This document shows, one piece after another, positions 1 through 13,585 of a DNA stretch of 64,000 nucleotides. Numbering within the stretch: position 1 is the stretch's first letter; each line of letters begins with the position of its first letter. The stretch is from the human T2T-CHM13v2.0 reference genome, Homo sapiens, in NCBI RefSeq assembly GCF_009914755.1, contig NC_060932.1; one strand, written 5' to 3'. The position numbers and the translations under genes were made by a program. The notes under the pieces are model-generated. The model was not told the DNA's origin. It searched no databases and saw only the letters and a list, made by a program, of their open reading frames with translations.

Positions 1-572
1 TGCAATCCAGTTTTAGAACACTTTCTACATTTCCTAAATTTCCCTTATGCTCCTTTATAGTTAAATACCTCCTATTCCCAGCCCTAGGCAACCACTGATC
101 TGCTGTCCGTATAATTGTGCCATTTACGGCCATTTCATTGAATGGAAATGTGATATGGGGTGTTCTGTGTCTGGCTTCTTTAGTTAGAATAGTATATTTA
201 ATGTTCATCTATGTTGAAGCACGTATCAGTAATTTGTAACTTTTTATTGGTGAATAGTACTCCACTGCGTGTGGCATATCACATTTCATTTATCTGACAG
301 GTAATAAAACTTTGGTTTGTTTGCAGTTTTGGTTATTATGAATACTGCTTCTGTAAACATTCAGGTGTATGTCTTTTGTAGACATGCATCTTTATTTTTC
401 TTGAATAGATTCCTAACAGTAGAATTTTTGTGATACATATATCTCACAGGTTCAGGTTTAATGTTATTTAATTGCCAAACTGGCTTTCAAAGTGGTTGTA
501 CCACTTTACACGCCCACCAGAAACATACTAATGTTACGGTGGAGCATGTCCTCATCAAAACTTGGTATTATC
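1..572 (-). mobile_element. Ancient L1M (L1MB/L1MC/L1ME-type) 3' end fragment
   Basis: Antisense L1M 3' motifs: ccctaggcaaccactgatctgct, tgtgtctggcttcttt, ttcatctatgttg, aattgccaaactggctttcaaagtggttgtaccactttaca. Confidence 0.75.
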
Positions 573-574
573 TG

Positions 575-775
575 TTGTTATGGACTAAATATTTGTGTTC
601 CCCCCAAAATTCATATTGATACCCTAGCCCCCTATGTGATGGTATTTGGAGACAGGGCCTTTGAGAGGTAATTACTTTTAGATGAGTTCATGAGAGTGAG
701 GATCTCATGATGAGATCTGTGTCCTTCTAAAAAGAGGAAGACAGACCAGAGTGTTCCCCACTCCGACTTTATTTT
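575..775 (+). mobile_element. MaLR LTR fragment (MLT1-like)
   Basis: Begins tgttatggactaaatatttgtgttccccccaaaattcatattg...tgtgatggtatttggagacagggcctttgagaggtaatta, the typical MLT1 5' end. Confidence 0.75.
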
Positions 776-1097
776 AGGTTGATGGGATGAGAAATACAGA
801 TTTGATTGCCACAGTGAATGAACTAAATTACTGGGAAAAACCATTTGGAACAGTCATCTATAAGAGAGCTTTAGAAGTAATAATAATAACTACCATGTTT
901 ATTTTTAGCAAGTCCCATGTGCCAGTCATTAAGCACTTAGCATATAGTAATTCATTTAACTTTCCAAAGTTAAACTTACCACACCGTCTTATAATAAATT
1001 ACCTATGAATCTTCTTTCCATGATAGCAGGAGATAGGCTTTATTCAACTTTGGATCCCCAAAACTTATCACAGCAGTTGGCACAGAATAAGTGCTCA

Positions 1098-1102
<5 letters not shown>

Positions 1103-1146
<44 letters not shown>
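1103..1146. repeat. (TG)n microsatellite at the Alu tail junction
   Basis: About 21 TG units seen directly. Confidence 0.97.
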
Positions 1147-1465
<319 letters not shown>

Positions 1466-1649
1466 TGAGTGAATAAAAGAATGAATAGGAAAGAGACATC
1501 CCATTTGCCCCACATAAGCGAATGCTTTATTGTACACTGCTTTTGGCATATTTGGTATCAATTAAGAATGTGAGCTTTGAAGTCACAGACTCTGGAGCTG
1601 AATCTCCACCCCACGCCTTTGATAAGGAATATAGTTATATGATAATATT

Positions 1650-2140
1650 ATATCAGTTAATGTCCAGTTAAAGAGAAACACTCTTGTAATTTCAAGAAGA
1701 CTGGGGCTTAATGCCAGTAATTGTTTACAATGGAGTTGGAAGAGCTGAAGGTTCAGAAGAGAAGAGACTGTTACTCTTAAGTCAAGAACATTCTGCTGCC
1801 CCTTGGCTGGAGCTCATGAACACCACCAGTGCCAGGTCCCTGCTGCTGTTGTTACTACGTTACATCACCACCACAAGCAGGAGCCCCAGAGCCCCTACTT
1901 ACCCAGAAACTCACAAATCATGATCACATGCTGGAGCCCACAGTAGCCTGTCTCAAATTCACTGGCCCTGCTCCTGCCTCTGTAGGAAATGCAAAAGTGG
2001 ACAAAAATAGCTCCTTTCTTCCTCTTACCTTTTTATCTCCTTTAGTGCCTCCCACTGGCAAAAACTTTAAAGGAGGTTTGCTGGCAGTGGAGTCTGTTAA
2101 ATGCAATTTTTTCAGTTCCTAGCCCCAGAAGTACAGAGCA
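1650..2140 (-). mobile_element. Old ERVL-type LTR (LTR16/LTR33-like)
   Basis: cctcccactggc...gctggcagtggagtctgttaaatgcaatttt...cctagccccag...cagagca resembles the LTR33/LTR16 terminal region. Confidence 0.45.
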
Positions 2141-2167
2141 GTACTGTCCCCTGGGGAACTGGCTAAC

Positions 2168-2283
2168 ATGCAGATTTTGAATTTGCCATTGTGGTGAGGG
2201 GGTCTGGGAGTTTGTACTTCTAAGAAGCTCCCAGGTGATGCTAATGCTGCCACTCTGCAGACCATACTTTCAATTGTAAGGGG
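2168..2283. mobile_element. MER5-like hAT-Charlie DNA transposon fragment
   Basis: tctaagaagctcccaggtgatgctaatgctgcc...gaccatacttt is the MER5A terminal motif. Confidence 0.7.
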
Positions 2284-2409
2284 TCCCTCAACAGATGCTC
2301 TGAAGAGGGCCTATGGGTGAGAACCAGGGACAATTAGCACAGTCATCTGGGATGCATGTTCTCTCTAGGAACTTCAGCTTCCTCATGAATAAAGTGAGAC
2401 AACAACGTC

Positions 2410-2580
2410 TGTTTTCTCTCAGATGCTGGTTAATCTCAAACTGCCTCATAATTCCCTGGATAACTACTGAAATAGAAATTTCATGTTTCTATCCCAGAGT
2501 TTCTGTTCCAATAGGCCTGGATTGGAATTCATTTTCATAAAGCTCTTCAGCTGATCTCATGGGCATATAGGTTTGGGGAG
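2410..2580. mobile_element. MER5-like DNA element interrupting a MIR
   Basis: cccagagtttctgttccaataggcctgg...ttttcataagctcttcagctgat...ggtttgggga, with MIR pieces on both sides (cttcagcttcctcat / acctacctcatagg). Confidence 0.5.
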
Positions 2581-2606
2581 TCTTACCTACCTCATAGGAT
2601 TAGGGT

Positions 2607-3282
2607 TGATGCAGGAGTTTTCTCGGTCACTTTGCCAGCTGGGGACCTCCAGCTGGCAACGCCCCCGCCTGGACCTTGCTTGGGCACACTTCCTGCCACA
2701 GGAGGTGGCCTGCCCACTTGGCCCACCAGGCCGTGCCTGGCTTGTGCATGGGCTCAGCCCACCTGTGTTATAGCTCATACTCACTTTCAGCAGTTCCCAA
2801 GTCCTTGTCCTACATCCAAGAAGAATGAAGATACACTGACAGTTGAAGGATAAGGAGGGTGGAGAAGAATTTTATTGAGCGACAGAATGGCTCTCAGCAG
2901 AAAGGGGACATGGAGGTGGTCTCCCACCCAAAGTCCAGTGGTTTCTCTCCCAGTGTGGCTGACTCCCAGGCTTTTATGGGCCCAGAGTAGGGGAGTGCAC
3001 TCTGATTGGTTTGTGAGTATGCAGAAAAGTTAAAGGCAGCACTCAAAGGTTGGCATGACAGTGTAACATGCCAATTAGGGAAGGTAGGTATATGTAAAAT
3101 AGGTGAAGGGTAGGGACAATCCGAGGAAAGCACATCAAAAGGAAAGACAGATTCTCAATCCAGTCCGTGGATTTACCTGGGACTTACAGCTAGACTTTAA
3201 ATTGTCTTTGTCTTGAAGGTGGAGTTTCACTGGGAACCCAGCCCTGTCTTCCTAGGCATTTGTCTGCCTCCTGCCACTCTCA
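2607..3282 (-). mobile_element. Solo ERV1 LTR (MER61/LTR1/LTR27-group-like)
   Basis: TG...CA termini and 4-bp TSD gggt (2603-2606, 3283-3286). Minus strand starts tgagagtggcaggaggcagacaaatgcctagg; minus-strand AATAAA at ~2871-2876. Confidence 0.85.
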
Positions 3283-4269
3283 GGGTGTATATTAAACCAG
3301 GCATCCTGGAAATGTCCTAGCCTAGTCCCCGACACATTTACCCGCATTGCCTCTAGCCCAAGGTGGCACCAGTAAGAATGACGTTGAGATTGATTCGTTG
3401 GCAGCACACAGATTTTCACTTTGGCTGATTATCAAAAAAGAAGAAATAAATAACATTTGAAATGGGATCTATAAGTCACAGTCAACATGTGGAGTGTGAA
3501 ATCCTATGAAAAATACCAAGATCACTTTATGAGGACATGGTGCAAATGGCCCCCTAGGCAGATGGTCAAAAGCTTTCCTTCCTAGAAGAATATTTTGAGT
3601 TGAGAAATGGAATATCTGCTCTGAGCCTTGTATCGTGTTGTCAACAGAAGGAATTTCTGGCCAATTTTGTCTCTGCATGTTCTGAGTCTGACCCTTTCGT
3701 ATTCTTCTGTAGACCTGATTTCATATTCCTCTACAGACCTGATTTGTCAAAGAGGCTAGTCTGTCTGGATGTCTTTATAAAACTTTATAAGGTGATTTTT
3801 GTTTTTTTGTTTTTCTTTCTCTGCTGACTAGTGTTTTTGCTTAGGAAGAACATTTTTTAAGACTCCAGACAATCAAAACTGTACAGGCTGGGTCAATCTC
3901 AAAATAGAGATTTCATGTCAAATGATTTTTAAAAAATCTTTAGAGTTTCTCTGAGATGAATGATATAAAAATGTACCTAGGAAGTAAAGTGCTTCATTAA
4001 GACATTAAGGAATCATGAGCTAGCAATAACACCACCTCATACAAAATACTGCACAATATATTTAAAAGGGGGAAAAAAAACATGTAATGAAATGATGATT
4101 GGCCTTGGGCAAACTTGTGCAGTAGAGAAAACTTCTCTGTTGCAAATGTCTGATCTTATACCTCATTATCCTTGTGAAGCCTTTTCCCCTCCATTACAAG
4201 GCCTAGTAGCTGCTAATATCTGAAATAGATGAAGAAATACTGAAGGCACCCACACTGATGCATTGAAAT

Positions 4270-4400
4270 CTAACAGATGGACTTGCATCCTGGCACCACC
4301 ATTTACTAACTGGGAGACTTGGACAAGTGACACATTATCTTACACCTCAGTTTTCCAATGTGCAAAATGGGACCAAAAAAATCAAATATATGAAGTGCCT
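4270..4400 (+). mobile_element. MIR SINE
   Basis: atcctggcaccaccatttactaactgggagacttggacaagtgac...cctcagttttccaatgtgcaaaatggg is the MIR core. Confidence 0.7.
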
Positions 4401-5334
4401 CGGAAAAGTCTGCTAATTCTTAGACCTCTTTATTGACCTTTTATCTTTGCTCTGCCGATAGAGGGAGGTCTTCCAACAAATAACTTATCCTCTCAGCTGC
4501 AATTTCTCATCTGTTCAACAAGCGTGATAATCCATGCCTTAGCTTTACCCTCAGATTGTTGGGAAGGTCAAGGGGTAAGTGGGCACACTTTGAAAGGGGT
4601 TGTCCATGGACATGGGAGGGGCCTGTTTCATTGTTTTCCATGGCCATCTTGGGAAGCAAGAGATCACAGCAACTCTTTGCCACAATGTGTGTTAGTGACC
4701 CAATGTTCAGCATTCCTGGGAGCCTGCTCATCCAAGAACAGGAGACAGTGAAGTGTTACCTAAAAGAATAATTCATCAGCAATGGGGTACATAATCATTG
4801 GCAGAATAAATATTTCTAGTTGGAGGCATTTCCCAACATCTTCCAGTTAGCACAGTACCATTCATAGCATTGAAGCCTTATCTGGTTAAGGCCATTCCTG
4901 ACACATGTATTTGCCTTTAACTGGTTTCAAAAGACTTAGCATTTGAAATTTCAAGCAAAGTTCAAGGAAGCTGTATATTTGATTATTCTCAGGTAAAATC
5001 TGAGAATGTGATTTATTTGGTAACAGAAATAGGAATTGAGTGAGCAGATAATTTTCTTTTAAGACCCCTGTATACTAAAATTCTTCCAAAATAGTGTTTC
5101 ACATAACACCTGTTTGTTGTTGTTTTTATGTAAATAGGCATTTCTTCATGAAAGGATTCTGTAGTAAAATTCATTCAGGAAACACCAGTTAAAACCCAGC
5201 CAAATTTGTGCAAGACTTTGATAGTCTCTTACAGCATGCTTCATAAGACTATAAGAGCAGCTAGGTTATTCAGCAGCCTTCACACTTGTTTAGCTGTTGA
5301 CCCTTCTCTCCATAGTGTTTCACTAGAAAACTGT

Positions 5335-5495
5335 GTTCCATTGTTCAAAAGTGCGACTTTTCAACCAACAGCATCAGCTTTACCTGACCCTTGTAAGAAG
5401 TACAGACTCCCAGGACCCATCCCAGACTTCCTGAAGCAGAATTTAACAAAAAGCCTGGGCAATTTGAGTATATATTAAAATTTGAGAAGCACCAT
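5335..5495. mobile_element. MER5A-like DNA transposon
   Basis: cagcatcagc...cttgtaagaagtacagactcccaggacccatcccagacttcctgaagcagaa...aaatttgagaagcac. Confidence 0.75.
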
Positions 5496-6454
5496 TTCAC
5501 ACTATTGCAAACCTCAATTACAGATTATGGAGCAGGAATGACCACAAGGGCTTTTCTGAAAATTCCTTTCAAGTATACAGATTGAATAATAATCCCTCAA
5601 AATGCTAGAGATAGAAATCACCTTGGAAATCATCTACTTCAAAGGTTTGCAAGCTGTCTCTGAGTAGCATTAAAAGACTCGTATGTGGAAGCCCAATATA
5701 AAATGGAGAAAATAAGCAGAGCTGCTCTGGTGGAAGCCAGGGGTGGCTCCTTCTTTACTCCAACCATCCCACCACCTCACCCGGTTGTCCTCATTTGAAT
5801 CCCTAGGATACCACCAGTGCGACCTATTCACTCAGGTAAATTTACAAGAAGGAAAATGACTTGCTGACTTCTACACAGCCTTTTAGGAGCAAAGCTGGGG
5901 CTACCATCCAGCTCTCTTAAATCTAGCTTTCTTCTTTAAAAATGTTACAATAATGACCTCAATGAGTATGTACCTCTTGACTTCCCTTCAACCTGTGCCC
6001 TGGCTACATACTTTTTGCCCATTAGGATGGAAACCTGGAGTTTGTTGGACCCCTAAATAGCCAATGTCCATTCTTGGGCTAGAACTCAGCCAACGTTTTT
6101 CACGTCGTCCAGAGCTTAATCACTCTGATGATGACTAATTCCCCACACGCTGTGCCATCTCACAATGAAAATGCACAGATTGGGTTATGCTCATACTTCT
6201 CAGGGGGTACTATAATCATTGAGATAGGACTAGAAGATACAACATTGCAGAAAAGCATTCTACGTGTATAGGGAGGTTGCATAAATGATGAGGTAAGGGT
6301 GCTTTGGCATACAAAACAAAGAATACATCATGATTGCTAAAACAAAGTCTTATGTGTTAATACATCTTATGAGGAATCCTGAAAGGTAATGAGTTTGAAC
6401 AGCTGGGACTAAATGGCAAAGAGCTTTGAATTCTGTGACAAGATTGGATTCTAT

Positions 6455-6745
6455 CCTACTGTTTCCAAAAGTGTGTTCTGCAGAACACGAGTTCCTCTAC
6501 ATGCCCTGGAATAGAAAGGTTTCTGTAGTTGAATATGTTTGGAACCTGCTTTGCATCCCTCTTCTTAGAGACTCAAATCACACATTTGCATGTTTTGTTT
6601 TGTTTTGTTTTTGAGAGCTTCAAGAAGTACTTCAGTTTTTAAAAAGCAGATTTTAAAAACCTCTCTTTTATTAATTTCATATACCATTTTTTGGTAACAT
6701 CTGTTGACATCTTAGGGAATTTAATTTGGGAAATAGCACTCTAGG
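6455..6745. mobile_element. hAT-Charlie-type non-autonomous DNA element
   Basis: Imperfect inverted ends (ctgtttccaaaag ... tttgggaaatagcactctag) typical of hAT-Charlie MERs; family not resolved. Confidence 0.45.
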
Positions 6746-6934
6746 CAAAGGAAAACCCATTGCTTCTCGGCACCCTCTGCAAGTCTTGCAGCTCCTCATC
6801 CAGGTAGGTGTGCACTGTATGTTCTGCCCTCCTTCTAACTTCCAATAAGTCTCAGCCATGTTCTTTCTTTTTTTTTTTCTTTTTCCTGCAAGACAGACCT
6901 ATAATATATGACAATCTTAGAAATGGAATAGGCT

Positions 6935-7840
6935 TATTTTTTCAAATAGTGTTATTCAATTCTAAAACTTCTATTTCATTCTTTAAGTTTCCATTTCTCT
7001 AATGAGACTTCCCATCTTTTTATTGACTACAAGTTTATTTTCCTTGCTTTTTTGAATATAATTACAGTAACTGCTTTAAAATATTTGATAACTCCCATTA
7101 ATCATTTCAAGATTGATGGATGTTGATTGTCTTTTGAGAATTAATGACATTCCTGGATCTTCATCTGTTGAGTAATTTTTGTTGTCATGTCTTGGACATA
7201 TTAATGTTAGATTTGGAGGTTCTAGATGTTATATTCTTCGGAAATATAATTTTATCTGTCGGTTTGCTTTGTTTTTATCAAGGATTTAATTTGATTAGAC
7301 TCAAATTGCAAACTCTAGCTTTTAAGTAAAAGCTTAAATTTCCACCTTAGCTAGAATCTGTCTCACACTTGCGTAGTTCATGAATCACTTGAGATTTGGA
7401 CAGAATTTATACTTGAAATTTTTGTTCCCTCCTTCCAGTCATGCTCCCTTATTTTCCAATCATTGTGGTTGCTCCACTCTCTGTCCTTTGGTTCTATGAA
7501 CCAGAAAGATGGTAAATTTCTTTATTTTTTTGGGGGGGGTTGGTAGTTTTGGTTGGTAGATTTTTTTATTGTTGTTTTTTATTTTTATTTTTTTAGCTGT
7601 GTTTTGTTGGTTTGATGTAGCCATCCAACATGGCACTGACTTTAACCTGTTTTCAGGCTAAAAGTGAAAAAATAAAAATAAAAAGGGCCACTTATTGCAT
7701 GTCATCCAGTCTTCCAGCCAGAGTCTGCCTGGTTTTGTTTATTTCTAGTAACTTTGGGCCATGTTTTGTTTTTCCCTCACTATTTATTATATTACCTGTT
7801 GGAGGATCATGTCTGGGAGGAACTACTTAGATATATTGCA
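6935..7840 (-). mobile_element. Ancient L1M 5'/ORF1-region fragment
   Basis: T-rich antisense tract with tctaaaacttctatttcattcttt...tttccatttctct, gtaactgctttaaaatattt, typical of L1M4/L1ME 5' regions. Confidence 0.45.
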
Positions 7841-10084
7841 TTCAAAACTCCTCTGTTTGTTTTTATTTTTCCTCCTGTAAATGACTAAAGCAAATTCCAA
7901 TCTACTATTTTAATCAAATAATTAATTAACAATTTATTGATACACCATTTTATGTGCAGTACAATGGTATAAGGGGAAGGGGATAGAATAAGTTCAAAAT
8001 ATGATAGAAACTTTGGTGTTTCAATTTACTTTTGTAAGAGTTGTCTGGCTTTAATGTTTTATCTCAGACTGCCAAAAACCATGGTGGAAAGAATTTTTGT
8101 TTTTTTTTCCTGAAAGACAGGTAAATGGAATCTATTTCCAGCTCCGCCACTAACTTCCTGTATAATCTGGGAGATGTTATTTGACTTCACTGAGACTCAG
8201 TTTTCTCATCTGATATTAAAGCCAGATGTACTAGACAATCTCTGATTACCTACCAGGTCTAACATTCTCTCATTTTACTGAAGAAAAAATAGCTAATTCT
8301 TGGACCTCCCCCAGATGCCTGAAAAGTTGTAATTAGGACTTTTTTTATGTTCTTGATTTTTCAGATTCAGGGTTATTAAGTACAACATCCTACTGTGAAA
8401 ATACTAAGAAGAAGTCTTTTCTTCCTCTGAGGTTAATATATAGGACATTGGTTCTTCTTCTAATTGGATAGGTCACCCAGAATACCTCTTACACTTTCAC
8501 AGAGTGTGCCCAGTGTATAACGTGGCAGACCGGAGCACTGCCTAGAGTTGTAAGACCAAATTCAGATTGTAAACCTAAGCTCATTTACGAAGGAACCGCA
8601 GCTCAGGAATTAAATACAACTTAATTTAGTTCTTCACAGAAGATGAGTTTTGCAGTCAGAAATACCAGAGGTTATATCCCATTTCATCATTTAATAACTG
8701 TGTGTCTTGAGCAAATCACTGCATCTTTCTGAGCATCAGTTTTCTCAGGTTAAAACTAAACTAACAATCACCAGTCTACATATTAACATATTCCAAATTA
8801 TCTAGTACAATGTCTAATTGCATTTGATCAATATGAATTTGTAACACCCCCATGCTAAGTTAGGCTCTGTGCAGTGATACAAAAGAAGGAACAAAGGAGA
8901 GGCTTGACCCACAAAAAATTTGCAGTCATAGTTGGAGACAGAAATACTACATAATTAGGTAAAATCTAATATGGGTCTTAGACAAGCAGCACTTATTTGT
9001 GTAGATTTTAGACATTTTTATTCATAACAGCTTACAAGAATGCACCTGCAAACCTTAAGAATCCAGATACACTATCTCTTAACTACTTTTAGCCACATTT
9101 AAAATTGCATTTGTATTTTATAAGCCTCCTTCATATATATTATTGTGTTTAAACCTCAGAACAACCAAGATGAAACAAAATACTGTCTCTTTCATTTTAT
9201 ATTTGAGGAAACTGAAATTTAAATGAGTCAAGAGACTTGCCCAACATCTCATAACTAGAAAGCTGCAGAACTATACTTAGATTGCAAGTTTAACTGACTT
9301 TAAGCCCATTTCTCTCTCCCCATTTCCTAGCTGCAGCAAATTCAAACCATTGAATAATTTTGATCAGGTCCAATTACACCATGCGTGGGGAAAGAGAGCT
9401 TCTCATTTTGAGGTCACATAAAATAAAGCATTTGACATTTCCTAGACAGTTTCCCAAACATGCACTTGCTTTTTCTTACCTACCATTCTTTTCTATTTTA
9501 GATGTAAGTACTCCTCACAACTCTGCTATGAATGTTTTTTCATGGTACTGGGTGAGTCAGTTAATCTGATTTCCACAGAATTTCTCATTTCTGGGCCCAC
9601 CTTCCCATCTTCTGACTATTCTCTGTGTTCTGGTTCTCATTGTTTTCCTCCTAGACTTTCCTCTCTCTATTGTACCAATTAAACTGCAACTAAAGGGAGC
9701 CTCTTAATGATCAAGTAAGGTCACTTTCTTCACTGGTTCCTCATGGCATTGTGAACCCAAGCCCTGTATCTCCAAGACACTCAAGCCCTTCATGACTTAG
9801 TTTTTTCCTAACTCTCTAGTTTTATCTCTCATTTTTTGTCCACACTCACTGTCTGTTCTGGCCACCCAAAGCCTCAGTATCTCCCAAAGCTAATCATATG
9901 GTTTCAGAATTACATACCTGAAAAAGGTTCATCTTATTCCTCTTTCCTATAATTTCTTCCTTACGGTAAATAACTTTGAAGCCACAGTTCACCTATTCTT
10001 GATTTGGCAAAGATCCCTTGTACCTCAGATCTTTTGCAACCCATGCTCCTCTATGACGGACAGTGGCAGTAGCATCAGTCTTAC

Positions 10085-11330
10085 CAAGCAGAGGTCATGT
10101 GCACTTTCACTTGTAATTAACATGGCAGATTGCCTTCCAAAGAGGCTTACAAATTTACACTTCCAACAAAGTGCGTAAAAATGCCTGTATCTCTACATTG
10201 TCACACACACTTTTAATTTTATCCATCCTTTTAAAAATTTCATCAATATGATGGGTCAAAAATGATAGCAATTTTTAAAATTTGTATGTCTCTAATTACC
10301 AGTGAGATTGTCCTTTCATTTATTAATCTCATTTGTAGTTTCTCTTCCAGAAATTGCTTGTCCATATACCTTTAATTGAGATATTGTTTTGCCTTATTGG
10401 TATAGAAGAGTACCTTACATATTATGGATTTTAATAATCTCTCTATTTCTATGTCTATGGCTGTCAAGATACATCACATGCATTTGCCTGTCATTTGAGT
10501 TTTAACTTTGTTTATGGGGCTTTTTGTGATCCAGAAATCTTCAATAATAATGTAATAGACAGATCTTTATTTTCCTTTATGACTTTATACTTTGAGTTAT
10601 TTAGAAAATCTCACGTACTCCAAATTTATCTTATGTTTTAATATCAACTGCAATTCAATATGAACTGTATTATTGTGTATAGTGTAAAGAAATTTTTTTG
10701 TCCAGTATATAGTTGTCCCAACACCAATAATTATCCATCTACTCTTCACTAATTTGATATACCAACTTTGAAATATTAAGTTTCCATAGTCATGGGTCTG
10801 CTTTTAGCTCTCAATGCTGTTAAAATGACCTATTATTTTAACAAAAAATACTAGATGTTTCATCCAAAGAGAATTTAATTTACATGACATAATCAATTGA
10901 AATATCTTGATCAAGTAAGGATTTATTAATATCACATAACACAAAATTCAAGGGTGGTCAGCCTAAGCCACAAATGAGCTAGGGTTGCCATCCTTGGCAA
11001 TAGTGGCTCCCAGAAAACTCACAATATCCCCAACAGATATCTGCTTACACCTCATTGGTCCACAATGAGTTAGGTAGCCTCTTCCTTCCACTTGCAGGAG
11101 ACATTGGGGAACTGACATATTTAGCTCTCCAGCCTCCATAGTCAAGGAGAACAAATGAGAAGGTGGTGAATCTAGATATTAAGAGACGAACCTACATGTT
11201 AGCTCATTGTTGAAATATTTACAGTGCTAGAGTAAGTTTTTCAACTAGTACACCTAGTCAGTTTCACTGTTCTTCTTTTTCAAATACTTCTCAGTTGCTC
11301 CCGTTTTTATTGTCCAGATTCATTTTTAAA
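10085..11330 (-). mobile_element. L1ME-type ORF2/3' fragment, interrupted by an MLT1-like LTR piece (~10880-11207)
   Basis: cagattgccttccaaagagg...aatttacacttccaacaaag, ttgtcccaacacca, tactctagagtaag-like motifs; inner ctcattggtccacaa...ccagcctccatagt is MLT1J/K-like. Confidence 0.55.
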
Positions 11331-11334
11331 TCAG

Positions 11335-11748
11335 TGTAATGAACATGGACATGTTCTACTCAGATCTCCACCAAAAGAATTTGCTGTAAAGTCAGAGTTT
11401 CTGACAGCCCTAACTGCTGCCCCCTGAACTCTGAGGCCATGCATTCCCCAGGATGCCCCCAGCCAATGACTAAACATGGTGGAGGACTAGGACCGGGATA
11501 TTCCTACTCAATATGAAGCAGCCTCTGCTTGAGAAATCCCCATTAGTCTTAGAGTTACAAATGCACTGTGCTCTGAGATTCAAACTTTCCTCTTCTCTAT
11601 CTCATTGACAGATATCAGATCTGCATCATAATAATCTCTTTATTACTGTTTTCCCTTGTCCTTTATTCATTATAGGTTTTCCCCCAATATATTTCTTGAA
11701 TATCTAATTCCATATTGGTTTATGCTTCTCAGAGTATTAGAACTGACA
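11335..11748 (+). mobile_element. ERVL LTR (LTR16-like), 5' LTR of a truncated provirus
   Basis: TG...CA ends, ccccagccaatgact CCAAT box, terminal tctaattccatattggtttatgcttctcagag...aactgaca. Confidence 0.75.
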
Positions 11749-12610
11749 GAAATGTCACTGGAAGTAGTCTGAGAAAACAGGGGTAGAATCGGACATGAGA
11801 ACTGGATCATTCACCACTTGACTAGCAAGGAAGATAATATCCTATATGAAATGTGGAGTACAGATTGTCCCTGGCATAAAGTGGAGTCCAAATTGTTGAA
11901 GATTTCATCAGTGGTTACCTGAAAAAAATGTCATGATGGAGGATAGTACTTTTGCTTGTGTGATAATTCAAACACTTGGAAGATATGAAAGAGACAAGGC
12001 CTTCAAAAACAGTGGATTTGTAAGCAATTATTATGTTATACTGAAGTCCTGTAGAGAATTAACGAGATACTAACAATAGCTAATGAAGAGTTAAAGGTTA
12101 AGTATCAGAGTCAAAGTGCCCTTTGGTAGCTCACAAAGAGACACTTATATATCCTGAAATTGAAGAGGACTCACAACTGAGAAGTAGACTCAAAACCTGT
12201 TAGAGTCACAGAGGTCCAGAGGCTCTCAAGTGGTAAAAAGAGAAAGCTCTGTTACGCTGAAGTCAGGGCCCTGGTGAGAAAAATCTGGGACCCTAAAAGT
12301 GGGATGGGAACATCTGGGTAGGTGTCCCTGAGAATAGGTGTCCCTGATAATTTTGGCTTTACAGACATCCCTGACCTCAAACGAGTAGAGGTTGCAAAAA
12401 CAATCCACCCACCCTATTAAGAGCTAGCAAATCACCGTTAAAGGAGACTGTTGCAGAGATTAGATTTCTCTCTAACTAGGCAGTAGGAACGCTTATCAGG
12501 AGTTGCCTTCTCCTCCCTGCTGGCTTCCAGGTTATTAATAATGGTTAATTCTCAGCATAATTCAACTAGGGGATATGCTGGACCTCATAATGGAAAAAAA
12601 AAGAGATTAC
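11749..12610 (+). mobile_element. ERVL internal leader/gag remnant (HERV16/ERV3-16A3-like)
   Basis: Directly follows the LTR; ggaagtagtctgagaaaacagg and aagtcagggccctggtgagaaaaatctgggaccctaaaagtgggatggg are characteristic ERVL internal motifs. Confidence 0.65.
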
Positions 12611-12619
12611 ACAATAATC

Positions 12620-13546
12620 ATGCCCACTTCTGAAGGAGAGTTTTGCCAGATATTGAATTCTTGACTGATAGTCTTTTTTGTTTTTTCCTTCAGTATTTTG
12701 AATATATCAACCCATTTCTTTCTGACCTCCATGGTTTCTGATGAGAAATCTGCTCATAATCTTATTGGGATCCATTGTATGTGATGAGTCACTTCTTTCT
12801 TGCTGCTTTGAAGAATCTCTTTGCCTTTGGCTTTCAACATTCTGATTTTAATGTGTGTTAATGTACGCCTCTTTGAGTTTTTCTTGGAATTCATTTCTTG
12901 GATGTTTACATTCATGTATTTTATCAAATTTGAAATGTTTTCAGTCATTATTCCTTCAAATAATCTCTCTGGCCCTTTCTCTCTCTCTTCTTAAAATCCC
13001 ACAATGCATATGTCATTCTGCTTGATGATGTCCCACAGGTCCCTTAGTCTCCGTTCATTTAAAACATTTTTTTCTTTCTCAGACTCAATAATTTCTATTG
13101 TCCTATCTTCAAGTTCACTGACTCCTTCTTCTGACTGCTCAAATCAACTTTTAAATCCCTTATTTTAGTTATTATATTTCTTGCTTCAGAATTCCTTTTT
13201 GGTTATTTTTTGTGTGTTATCTATCTCTTTATTGATATTGACAATTTGTCAATACATTGTTTACTTGATTTTGTCCATGTCTTCTTTTAATTTTTCAAGC
13301 AATTTTATGACAGTTGTTTTAAAGTCTTTGCCTGGTAGTTCTATCATCTGGTCGTTCTCAGGGACAATTTCTGTTAATTTATTAATTTTCCTCTGAATGG
13401 GCCATGCTTTCCCATTTCTCTGTATGATCTGTGATTTTTTTGTTGAAAACTATATATATATGGTATATATATGGTGTGTATATGTGGTATATATATGGTG
13501 TATATATATATGGTATATACATATATATGGTGTGTGTGTGTGTGTG

Positions 13547-13585
<39 letters not shown>

